A DNA stretch of 64,000 nucleotides from positions 573 through 64,572 of the forward strand of contig JAFXHQ010000071.1 in assembly GCA_017536325.1 (NCBI GenBank), given 5' to 3'. The stretch comes from Bacteroidaceae bacterium (GTDB lineage Bacteria; Bacteroidota; Bacteroidia; Bacteroidales; Bacteroidaceae). Positions 19,866-27,436 of the stretch are shown here, one piece after another. The position numbers and the translations under genes were made by a program. Numbering within the stretch: the stretch's first letter is position 1; the number at the start of each line of letters is the position of its first letter. The notes below the pieces were generated by a model. It did not search any database and had not been told where the DNA came from. It saw nothing but the letters and a program-made list of their open reading frames with translations.

Positions 19866-20684
19866 TCAGTTAAGTTTATATCTATAGGTAATCGTACCTT
19901 CCGCCTTGTCAACTCCTTGAATTACATTGAAAGTCGATTTCTTTGCAGCATTTACGGCATCGTTGCGGAGTTCATTATTGCTTATTGTCGTTTTGCTATT
20001 GTTTACCACAGCATTCTTTATTGTACCGTCAGCCTCGACTGTAACATTCACGACAATTACACCCTCGTCATTCACCTGTTTCTTTCCTGGTGTTGCCAGA
20101 TATGTGTGTGAACGTCCAGAGACATTGGCCACAACACCCACGCTGGAGTTACCGTCAGGACTGCCAATATTTGCCGAAGCACCAGACCCTTTGTTACCGA
20201 AAGCCTTCTTGGCCTTATTGTCGGCCTCCTCTTTGGCTTTACGGTCGGCCTCTTCTTTGGCTTTGCGGTCAGCCTCTTCCTTAGCTTTACGGTCGGCTTC
20301 CTCTTTGGCCTTACGCAGTTCCTCTTCTTTGGCCTTACGCAGTTCCTCTTCTTTGGCCTTGTTTTCCTCTACCTTTGGAGTCGGCACAGACTCCTCATCG
20401 GCTGTAACCAATGGTTCAACCCGGGCAGGTTCCGGCTCAGGCACAGTTTCGCTTACGGCCGGTTCCGGCTGTGATACAGCGGAAGCATCTTCTGCCACAT
20501 CTACCTCAGTAATCTCAAAATCCTCACCGAACACATCCTCGAATTCACCCAGAATCACAGAACTGTTCTCTTCCTGTTTTTCAGGCTTTGTAATCACAAG
20601 TTCATACAACAGCCAGAACAACAGGGCATGGATGAGCACCGTAGCCAATATTGCTATTATTCTTTCTTTGGATATATTCTTCAT
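19866..20684 (-). CDS. tonB: TonB-family energy transducer
   Basis: N-terminal TM (IIAILATVLIHALLFWLL), charged repeat spacer, and a TonB-type C-terminal domain (GVIVVNVTVEADGTIKNAVV ... GTITYRYKL). Sits downstream of exbB-exbD. Confidence 0.8.
   Translation of the reverse strand: MKNISKERIIAILATVLIHALLFWLLYELVITKPEKQEENSSVILGEFEDVFGEDFEITEVDVAEDASAVSQPEPAVSETVPEPEPARVEPLVTADEESVPTPKVEENKAKEEELRKAKEEELRKAKEEADRKAKEEADRKAKEEADRKAKEEADNKAKKAFGNKGSGASANIGSPDGNSSVGVVANVSGRSHTYLATPGKKQVNDEGVIVVNVTVEADGTIKNAVVNNSKTTISNNELRNDAVNAAKKSTFNVIQGVDKAEGTITYRYKLN
20221..20364. repeat. six tandem 24-nt repeats inside tonB (encode KAKEE(A/E)(D/L)R units)
   Basis: Units begin at 20221, 20245, 20269, 20293, 20317 and 20341, e.g. 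TCGGCCTCTTCTTTGGCTTTGCGG. Read directly from the sequence. Confidence 0.9.
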
Positions 20685-21097
20685 TATTCCTTATCGGGGC
20701 GGCGTGTAGCCAGTACCATCTTGAATTTGTTCTCATTCGCAATATTCAGCACCTTTACCACCGAAGCATAAGGAACGGTTTCATCGGCATAAAGTGCCAC
20801 ATACATCGTAGAATCCTTTGTGCTGCAATCCACAAGGAAAGGAACAATATCTTCCTCTTGTATGTGCCTGTTGCGTTCTTTGCCCCAGGCAGCAAAATAA
20901 TTGCCATCGGCATCTATTGTAATTCTTGCCAAAGGTTTTGCCGCAGTCTGCTCACTGCCTTGGGGAAGAAGCACCTTTATGGCATTAGGCAGAACCACAG
21001 TCGATGTAATCATAAAGAATATCAACAACAGGAATATTATATCGGTCATTGACGACATTGAAAAATCGCCTATTGTCTTGGTTCTTCTCTTTATCAT
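20684..21097 (-). CDS. exbD: ExbD/TolR biopolymer transport protein
   Basis: MTDIIFLLLIFFMITS TM segment and ExbD-like periplasmic domain. The stop shares one nt with the tonB ATG (TAATG). Confidence 0.85.
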   Translation of the reverse strand: MIKRRTKTIGDFSMSSMTDIIFLLLIFFMITSTVVLPNAIKVLLPQGSEQTAAKPLARITIDADGNYFAAWGKERNRHIQEEDIVPFLVDCSTKDSTMYVALYADETVPYASVVKVLNIANENKFKMVLATRRPDKE

Positions 21098-21108
21098 ATT
21101 TGTCGTTC

Positions 21109-22167
21109 TTATTGATGAACACTCTGGTCTATAACAGTATTGTCCTGTCCCGGGGCTGGGGCTGGGGCTGGAGCTGGAGCCGCCGTATATGCAGGAGCCG
21201 GATTTGCAGCAGTGTATGCAGGCGCAGCTGGGGCTGGAGCCGCCGCAGGAGCAGCAGTGTATGCAGGCGCAGCTGGGGCTGGAGCTACCGCAGGAGCAAC
21301 GGTGTATGCAGGCGCAGCAGGAGCGGGAGTTGCAGCAGGAGCAACGGTGTATGCAGGCGCAGCAGGAGCGGGAGCCGCCGCAGGAGCAACGGTGTATGCA
21401 GGCGCAGCAGGAGCGGGAGCTGCGTTATATGCAGGCGTTGCCACAATTACAGTATTAGGGTCATTATTAATATCGTTATTGACAGTCACGGGCACATCTG
21501 CACATTCCTGCTCCTTACACTCGGTAACCATCTCAAGGAACGAAATGATATTAGCCTCCATTACATTCTGCGCCTTATCGACTCTTGTAACAAGGAAGTT
21601 GTGTGCAAAGATAGCGATAATACCAACGATAAGACCGGCAACAGTTGTAACCATAGCCTCATATATACCTCCCGACAGCAGTGAGATATCGATATTGCTA
21701 CCAGCTTCTGACATATTCCAGAAAGCCTGGACCATACCCGTAACTGTACCCAAAAAACCGAGCATAGGCGCCACTGCAGCAATGGTAGAGAGAATAGGCA
21801 TACCCTTCTCAAGCTTAGCAATCTCAAGACCGGCATTATTGTCCAAGGCCTGACGTATTGCCGTATTGTCGAACTTGTAGTCCTTTATACCTTTGGCAAG
21901 CACTCTGGATGTCGGTGTGTCGAGTGTTGCGCAATAGTTTTCGGCCGATTTGAAATCGCGGTCCATGATATTGTCGCGCAAACGGTCAATCAGGAAAGGA
22001 TTCTTCTTTGTAGCCTTCTTTATCACAAAGAAACGCTCAAAGAATTTATATATGCCAAAAATTGACAGAATGGCCAGTACAATCATAATCCAACCACCCT
22101 TCATTGCCAGACTGAGAACACTCAGTTCCTCGGTTGCTGCCTGCGCAGCCAATACGAAATGATCCAT
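21109..22167 (-). CDS. exbB: MotA/TolQ/ExbB proton-channel protein with a long Pro/Ala-repeat C-terminal tail
   Basis: Core motifs APMLGFLGTVTGM and IYEAMVTTVAGLIVGI. The last ~110 aa are PAPAAPAYTVAPAAA-type repeats. Confidence 0.85.
   Translation of the reverse strand: MDHFVLAAQAATEELSVLSLAMKGGWIMIVLAILSIFGIYKFFERFFVIKKATKKNPFLIDRLRDNIMDRDFKSAENYCATLDTPTSRVLAKGIKDYKFDNTAIRQALDNNAGLEIAKLEKGMPILSTIAAVAPMLGFLGTVTGMVQAFWNMSEAGSNIDISLLSGGIYEAMVTTVAGLIVGIIAIFAHNFLVTRVDKAQNVMEANIISFLEMVTECKEQECADVPVTVNNDINNDPNTVIVATPAYNAAPAPAAPAYTVAPAAAPAPAAPAYTVAPAATPAPAAPAYTVAPAVAPAPAAPAYTAAPAAAPAPAAPAYTAANPAPAYTAAPAPAPAPAPGQDNTVIDQSVHQ
21212..21436. repeat. five tandem 45-nt repeats inside exbB (15-aa Pro/Ala/Tyr units)
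   Basis: Units start with GTGTATGCAGGCGCAGC at 21212, 21257, 21302, 21347 and 21392 (the last is partial). Degenerate PA-coding sequence extends down to about 21142. Confidence 0.9.
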
Positions 22168-22177
22168 AGTATTTGTT

Positions 22178-22906
22178 TTATTTTGAATTAACTTTCAAAC
22201 AGTTCTTGTACGCGGCTATTGTCGATTCAAGCCCCATGTACAATGCATCACAGATTAGAGCATGCCCGATTGACACTTCATCGACCCACGGTATTGTCTC
22301 CACAAAGTAGGCAAGATTCTCAAGACTGAGGTCGTGACCTGCATTAAGTCCTATTCCCAATTGCTTCACCCTCTTAGCTGTCTCAAGAAAAGGAGCTATT
22401 GCCTCTTCACGATTTTTTGCATACATATGGGCATATGGACCGGTATATAGCTCAACCCTATCGGCACCTGCCGATGCTGCAAATTCAGCCATGCGGACAT
22501 CGGCATCGATGAATAGGGATGTGCGTATGCCGGCAGCACGCAAATCATTAAGGATATCCCGCAGGAAATCCTGTTCCTTCTCGGTATCCCAACCGCTGTC
22601 CGATGTCAGCTGGCCCGGCTTGTCCGGTACCAGTGTCACCTGTGACGGGCGTACACGCAATACCAGTTCAAGGAAATCCTTTGACGGATAACCCTCTATG
22701 TTGAACTCCGTGCGGAGAATAGCCTGCAGAGCAGGAACGTCGGTACGGCGGATGTGTCTCTCATCGGGACGGGGATGTACCGTAATACCATCGGCACCGA
22801 ACAGTTCACAATCCTTGGCAACCTTTAGAATATCGGGGTTATTACCACCACGCGAATTTCTAATAGTCGCCACCTTGTTGATGTTTACACTCAGTTTGGT
22901 TCTCAT
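22178..22906 (-). CDS. pdxJ: pyridoxine 5'-phosphate synthase
   Basis: LSVNINKVATIRNSRGG N-terminus, HPRPDERH and GHDL motifs. Confidence 0.95.
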   Translation of the reverse strand: MRTKLSVNINKVATIRNSRGGNNPDILKVAKDCELFGADGITVHPRPDERHIRRTDVPALQAILRTEFNIEGYPSKDFLELVLRVRPSQVTLVPDKPGQLTSDSGWDTEKEQDFLRDILNDLRAAGIRTSLFIDADVRMAEFAASAGADRVELYTGPYAHMYAKNREEAIAPFLETAKRVKQLGIGLNAGHDLSLENLAYFVETIPWVDEVSIGHALICDALYMGLESTIAAYKNCLKVNSK

Positions 22907-23177
22907 TTTCCTGTTGTTTCTAAAAATCAGGAGTTGTTTCCCTTACAAGTCAAAAGATATGAATTCAAACAACCTCCCTCCACTACACCTATGATAGGGT
23001 AGTTTAATCAATATTTTTTGCAAAAATAGCATAAATAAAAAATTTTGTATTATAAAATCTCTTAATTTTGCAACAACTATAGGAATAAGCGGTTGCTGTA
23101 AATAACATTTTTTGCCTATACATGGCAAAAGGGTTGTGCTGCAGGCCCAGTTCAATACAAGAAAACAAAGAGGAGAG

Positions 23178-24050
23178 ATGAAGTTTGCAATATTCGGTAA
23201 CAAACACCAGTCAAAGAAATCGGACAGCATTGGGCAATTGTTCAATGCAATAGTAAAATATGGCGACAGTTTTGCCATTGACGAGCCATTCTACAAATTC
23301 CTTTTGAGCGAAGGCATAACTGTGCCGGAGTCCAGAACGCTCATACAAGACAATGACTTCACGGCAGATGTCGCCATCAGTTTCGGTGGCGACGGAACAC
23401 TGTTGCGCACAGCCAGCCGCATAGGCCGCAAGAACATACCCATATTGGGTATAAATGCCGGACGATTGGGATTCTTGACCTCCACTTCGAACGAGAATAT
23501 CGACTATGTGATAGAGAAAATCCACAAAGGCGAATATGAGATTGAACAGCACAATATCATAGAAGCAACCACCGTTGGCGACAGCCTCAGGAACTATCCT
23601 TTCGCGCTGAACGAGATTGCGGTAATGAAACACGACAGTTCATCTATGATGACACTGTGTGTAACACTTGACGGGTGCGACCGCATTACGTACCAGGCCG
23701 ACGGACTTATTGTTGCTGCACCATCGGGTTCTACAGGCTACTCGCTCAGCGTTGGAGGTCCCATAATAGCCCCCGATGCCAATGTACTTGTACTTACACC
23801 TATTGCCCCCCACAGCCTAAGCGCAAGGCCGCTGGTCATAAGCGACAGCACAATCATAGAGATAAAGGTAAGCAGCCGTAGCCACAACTTCCTCATAGCC
23901 ATTGACGGGCGCAACGAAAGTTGTAACGAAGGAACATCCATTACAGTGCGCAAGGCCGACTACAGACAACTTATAATACGCCGCAAGGAACACTCTTTCA
24001 TACAGAACCTGCAGGAGAAACTGATGTGGGGAACAGATGTAAGAGAGTAA
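23178..24050 (+). CDS. nadK: NAD kinase
   Basis: GGDGTLL motif and GINAGRLGFL. Start set at ATG 23178 (MKFAIFGNKH). Confidence 0.9.
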   Translation: MKFAIFGNKHQSKKSDSIGQLFNAIVKYGDSFAIDEPFYKFLLSEGITVPESRTLIQDNDFTADVAISFGGDGTLLRTASRIGRKNIPILGINAGRLGFLTSTSNENIDYVIEKIHKGEYEIEQHNIIEATTVGDSLRNYPFALNEIAVMKHDSSSMMTLCVTLDGCDRITYQADGLIVAAPSGSTGYSLSVGGPIIAPDANVLVLTPIAPHSLSARPLVISDSTIIEIKVSSRSHNFLIAIDGRNESCNEGTSITVRKADYRQLIIRRKEHSFIQNLQEKLMWGTDVRE

Positions 24051-24134
24051 AGAGTACAGAGTACAGAGTACAGAGCAAAGAGTACAGAGTACAGAGTACA
24101 GAGCAAAGAGTACAGAGTACAGAGCAAAGAGTAA
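24044..24134. repeat. heptanucleotide microsatellite, 13 units of AGAGTAC/AGAGCAA/AGAGTAA
   Basis: The period-7 array begins on the nadK stop codon. Higher-order pattern: (AGAGTAC)3 AGAGCAA. Confidence 0.9.
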
Positions 24135-24308
24135 AACTTTTGTCCCATTGGGACGATGGGATCGAGGCAGGGACTTTAAAATCCTGTTGTTATCTTGGGG
24201 GAAAGACCCTGATACCCGTTAACTGCGGATAACAGAACCGCCGGGACAGGAGAACTTGGTTTCCACTCGCTGCGCAAACTTTCAGTTTTCCACTTTCACC
24301 TTTACACT

Positions 24309-25001
24309 TTACTCCGAAACGGGGCGCACACTGTAACCGCGGTAACGGGTGCTCCAATGCGTGCCACGGTCACCCTCGCGGAGGCCAAGGCGGCACGCGC
24401 CGCCGGCATTGCCCTCGCTAGGCGTAGCACTCCAGTAGTAACCGTAGGACCCCTGGTAGAGGGACGACGCACCGTAGCACCAACCGGCGGCAGGAAGGAA
24501 GATGCTGTTGCCGTTCTTTTTGCTTGTTACTTTGTAGCCGTTATGGCCGTTCCGGGTGGTCCATTCCCAGGTGCAGTTGTCTATGAGTTCTTGGAACTCG
24601 GCTTTTGTGGGGAGGCGCCACGGGCTGCCCCAATTCTTGCGGGCGGCATCCCAGGTAGGGTTGCCGGCGATGTTGCTCATTTGCTTGCCGTATGTGGTGC
24701 TGGTGTTTGAACTGTAATCGCTCTTGGTGGTGGTTTCGCCCCAGGCGTAGTAATTGCCGTAGTCTCCGGGGGTGCTGGCGCCTACATTGCAGGTTGCCCA
24801 TTTTATGCTGAGGCCTAAATCGACATAGTCGTGCCCGTTGATGGTGCCGCGGGTTTGAGCGGCCTCCAGGCGCTTGCGCTCTTCTTCCTTGCGTTTTTGT
24901 TCGGCGGCTTCGGCTGCTGCTTTTCTCTCGGCTTCTTCCTTGGCTTTGCGCTCACGCTCTAAGCGTTGCTGTTCTGCGCTTCTTGGGCAAGGCGTTCTTG
25001 T
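24309..25001 (-). pseudogene. displaced 3' portion of the Ser/Thr kinase gene: coiled coil plus DUF1566/FISUMP-like lectin-fold ectodomain
   Basis: The frame offset by one nt from the kinase frame is open from 25001 to the TAA at 24309-24311. It reads SAEQQRLERERKAKEE...GHDYVDLGLSIKWATCNVGASTPGDYGNYYAWGETT...WRLPTKAEFQEL...FLPAAGW...GYSVRPVSE. There is no ATG, GTG or TTG before the Met at 24680, which lies inside the domain. Confidence 0.7.
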
Positions 25002-26731
25002 TCAAGGCGCTGTTGCTCGGCTGCAAGCCGTTCGGCTTCTATGCGTTGTTCTTCGGCAATGGCGGCAAGGCGCTCGCGTTCGGCGGCGGTGTCGTCACTG
25101 CCGCCACCCGACAGTGTGCCAAGCAGTGCGGCAACTGCACCAATGACGAGAACAGCTATAATAATTGCCCACTTTTTCTTGGATGTGCCGCCGAGCCCCT
25201 TTCTTTCATATTTCATCTCTCCACTTTCATCTTTCACCTCTCCACTTTCATCTCTCATCTTTCCACTGTTGTCATTCTGACGACCGGAGGGAGGAAGAAT
25301 CTCTCTATTTGCGTGTTTATGAGTTCCTTGACTTTGGCCCCTTCGGGCGTCGACCGATGGTTCACTACGTTCAGGATGACAAGAACCTGAGAATTGAGAT
25401 TTCTCGCTTGCGCTCGAAATGACAGCACCCGCAAGATGAGTCTCCTCGGTGCTACGCTCTATAGGAGATGTTGATGGCTTGTCCCGAAAAGCGAAAGTAA
25501 CTTCCGAATCACCCTCGTTTGTGCCCTGTACTATATCATCTTTCCACTTTCCACTCTCATCTCTCCGCTTTCCACTCTCATCTCTCCACTCTCCACTGTT
25601 GTCATTCTGACGACCGGAGGGAGGAAGAATCTCTCTATTTGCGTGTTTATAAGATCCTTGACTTTGGCCCCTTCGGGCGTCGACCGATGGTTCACTACGT
25701 TCAGGATGACAAGAACCGGAGGAGTTGCCGACAACCGTTGCGCCATCGTCAGTGGCCGAGGAATCATTTACCCCCTCTGCTGCGCTCGTCCCCCTAAGGA
25801 CAGGGGGACAATCTTCAACGCCATCACTGTCATCTTTCATCTCTCCTCTTTCAACTTTCAACTTTCCACTTTCAACTATCTCCAAAAACTCCCCGATGCT
25901 CTGCGGACGTTCCTTGAGACGGAACTGCATAGCGGCTTCAATAGCGGCACGTACGTTTGACGATAGGTGCTGCGGCAACTCCGGCAAGCCATCATTAGCC
26001 ACATCGTTTGCCTCGGGAGGGGTGTTGCCGGTAACCAATTTATAAAGTGTTGCACCAAGCGAATATATGTCGGTGGCAGGTGAGAAGGTACCTACACCGC
26101 CACGCTTGTACTGTTCCATGGGGGCATAGCCATGGCTGATGCCAACGGGTGTGGTGCTGGTTTGGGTGCCGGCATCGTCGTACTGCTTAGCGAGACCAAA
26201 GTCTATGAGCACGGCTTCGTCGTCGTCACTAAGCAACACATTGGCAGGCTTTACATCAAGGTGCATCATGAGCTTACCGTGAACAAAGTCGAGTGCCGAG
26301 GCTATCTGACGTATGTAACGGAGAGCATCGGCCTCGGGAAGCGCACCGGCCGCCACCTTATCGGAAAGACTGCCGCCACCCATATATTTCATCACATAAT
26401 AGGCTGTACCGTTTTCCTCAAAAACATCAATGACAGGAACTATATTCTTATGTTCAAGAGAGGCAATACGACGGGCCTCCTTGAGAAATTTTTCGCGGAA
26501 ACGCTCAACAAGTTCGCTACTACCTTTGGAACCCACAGACACCTGAGAGGTCTCGGCATTGCGGTTGCAAAATTCCTTCATGAAGAACTCCTTGATGGCA
26601 ACTTTACGCCCAAGGCCGGTCTGTTCGGCAAGATAAGTTATTCCAAAACCGCCTTGACCCAATATTTTCTCTATTCTGTAACGGCCACCTTGAAGTTCTG
26701 TCCCATTTTTAAGTTGCATAGTGTATCCCAT
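24959..26731 (-). CDS. eukaryotic-like Ser/Thr protein kinase with repeat-rich linker, single TM helix and extracytoplasmic coiled coil (apparently truncated by a frameshift)
   Basis: GQGGFGITYLA, VAIKEF, HLDVKPANVLL, DFGLAK and GYAPME Hanks-kinase motifs. TM segment WAIIIAVLVIGAVAALLGTL. Ends in ERLAAEQQRLEQERLAQEAQNSNA-TAG. Confidence 0.85.
   Translation of the reverse strand: MGYTMQLKNGTELQGGRYRIEKILGQGGFGITYLAEQTGLGRKVAIKEFFMKEFCNRNAETSQVSVGSKGSSELVERFREKFLKEARRIASLEHKNIVPVIDVFEENGTAYYVMKYMGGGSLSDKVAAGALPEADALRYIRQIASALDFVHGKLMMHLDVKPANVLLSDDDEAVLIDFGLAKQYDDAGTQTSTTPVGISHGYAPMEQYKRGGVGTFSPATDIYSLGATLYKLVTGNTPPEANDVANDGLPELPQHLSSNVRAAIEAAMQFRLKERPQSIGEFLEIVESGKLKVERGEMKDDSDGVEDCPPVLRGTSAAEGVNDSSATDDGATVVGNSSGSCHPERSEPSVDARRGQSQGSYKHANREILPPSGRQNDNSGEWRDESGKRRDESGKWKDDIVQGTNEGDSEVTFAFRDKPSTSPIERSTEETHLAGAVISSASEKSQFSGSCHPERSEPSVDARRGQSQGTHKHANREILPPSGRQNDNSGKMRDESGEVKDESGEMKYERKGLGGTSKKKWAIIIAVLVIGAVAALLGTLSGGGSDDTAAERERLAAIAEEQRIEAERLAAEQQRLEQERLAQEAQNSNA
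25263..25387. repeat. REP/MITE-like palindromic element, copy 1 (inside the kinase CDS)
   Basis: 125-nt core identical to 25593-25717 except at 2 positions (25321, 25324). Termini GTCATTCTGACG ... CGTTCAGGATGAC are imperfect inverted repeats. Confidence 0.85.
25593..25717. repeat. REP/MITE-like palindromic element, copy 2 (inside the kinase CDS)
   Basis: Offset of exactly 330 nt (110 codons) from copy 1. Both copies are preceded by a 9-unit heptamer block. Confidence 0.85.
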
Positions 26732-26744
26732 AAACGTATTTTTG

Positions 26745-26752
26745 CAAATATA
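26745..26752 (-). promoter_or_regulatory. candidate -7 promoter box (TATATTTG) for the kinase gene
   Basis: The minus strand reads TATATTTG, 14 nt upstream of the ATG at 26731, implying a very short leader. Confidence 0.4.
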
Positions 26753-26797
26753 ACATTTTTAAGAGAATAATAAAATTCTGCAAGATGTAAAAACTAT

Positions 26798-26843
26798 GTA
26801 AAAGCTGTGTGCCTGCATTCAAATGCAGGCACACAGCTTTTAC
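26798..26843 (-). terminator. strong hairpin terminator downstream of the czc operon and gene fragment
   Basis: Perfect 20-bp stem GTAAAAGCTGTGTGCCTGCA / TGCAGGCACACAGCTTTTAC with a 6-nt loop. The minus strand continues ATAGTTTTT. Confidence 0.75.
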
Positions 26844-26856
26844 ATCTCTCCATTTT

Positions 26857-27351
26857 TTATCTTGTACTTGGTGTAAAACTCTTTGAAGAGCCTCCTGTCG
26901 CAGTTCCACCAATGGTAAATGCCCCGTTAAAATAGCTCTCGCTTACGCCCGACACTGACGTAACGCCATACATGAGTGTGTGCGACGATAAAGTGAATTC
27001 CGGTGAGGAGAGCAGCACGGTTGCGCTATTTACCGTATTAGGGCATCGGTATGAGAACATCACATTGCCCGAACTGTTCTTAACTGTAAGATACTTGCCT
27101 TGAGACACCGTCACTGAGGATACCGATGCATAAGGCTGCGATGACGATGTAACGGAGCTGTTGGCACTGCCTGTACCCATCAGGATACCGCCATTCACCA
27201 CAAACCGGTTGTTGTCACAGTCGAAACCCTCTTCGGGCGCATTTGTTCCCGAAGCAAGTACAACACCGCCGTTGACAGTAATTATTCCGTTGGAATCAAT
27301 AGCGTCATTGTTGGATGCATGGCTATATACATGGCCGCCATTGAACACCAA
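26857..27351 (-). pseudogene. 3' fragment of a Cthe_2159-type (PF14262-like) carbohydrate-binding beta-helix protein gene
   Basis: DAIDSNGIITVNGGVVLASGTNAPEEGFDCDNNRFVVNGGILMGTGS matches the C-terminal repeats of that family. There is only a TTG start, an in-frame TAA lies 2 codons upstream, and only 85 nt separate it from the czcA stop, so the N-terminal two-thirds is missing. Confidence 0.55.
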
Positions 27352-27436
27352 AGGAGCTTATCCTCTTAAACCACATAACATAAAAAAAGCGTTGGAGCGG
27401 CATGCCGCTCCAACGCTGATACTCAAGAATGATTTC

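Noticed and set aside
19927-21853. Long plus-strand ORFs (260, 211 and 237 aa) with Ser/Leu/Ala or Gly/Ala repeats
   Set aside because: They are the antisense reading of the tonB 24-nt and exbB 45-nt repeats. The sense-strand genes have clear TonB and ExbB cores.
23960-24232. 62- and 68-aa ORFs (LCTLYSLLCTLYS..., VKSTEYRVQSKEYRVQ...)
   Set aside because: They are translations of the heptanucleotide microsatellite downstream of nadK, not genes.
24135-24282. Possible small RNA between nadK and the ectodomain gene (stems GTCCCA-tt-TGGGAC, CTGTTGTTATC...GATAACAG, TCCTGT...ACAGGA)
   Set aside because: These are short, imperfect stems in a convergent intergenic region, with no promoter box or clear terminator and no match to any RNA family I know. 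The evidence is insufficient.
24309-24680. The 123-aa ORF as a stand-alone gene starting at Met 24680
   Set aside because: The lectin-fold domain clearly begins about 60 codons upstream (GHDYVDLGLSIKWATCNVGA) in the same frame, where no start codon exists. I treat it as the displaced 3' part of the kinase gene.
24940-25010. Programmed ribosomal frameshift joining the kinase and the ectodomain
   Set aside because: There is no slippery homopolymer or heptamer and no obvious downstream stimulatory structure at the junction (GAAGCGCAGAACAGCAACGCTTAGAGCG). A mutational or assembly indel is more parsimonious.
24044-25879. Possible CRISPR array suggested by the many short direct repeats
   Set aside because: The repeat period is 7 nt with no spacers, and the two 125-nt repeats are only two copies inside a CDS. 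No cas genes are present.
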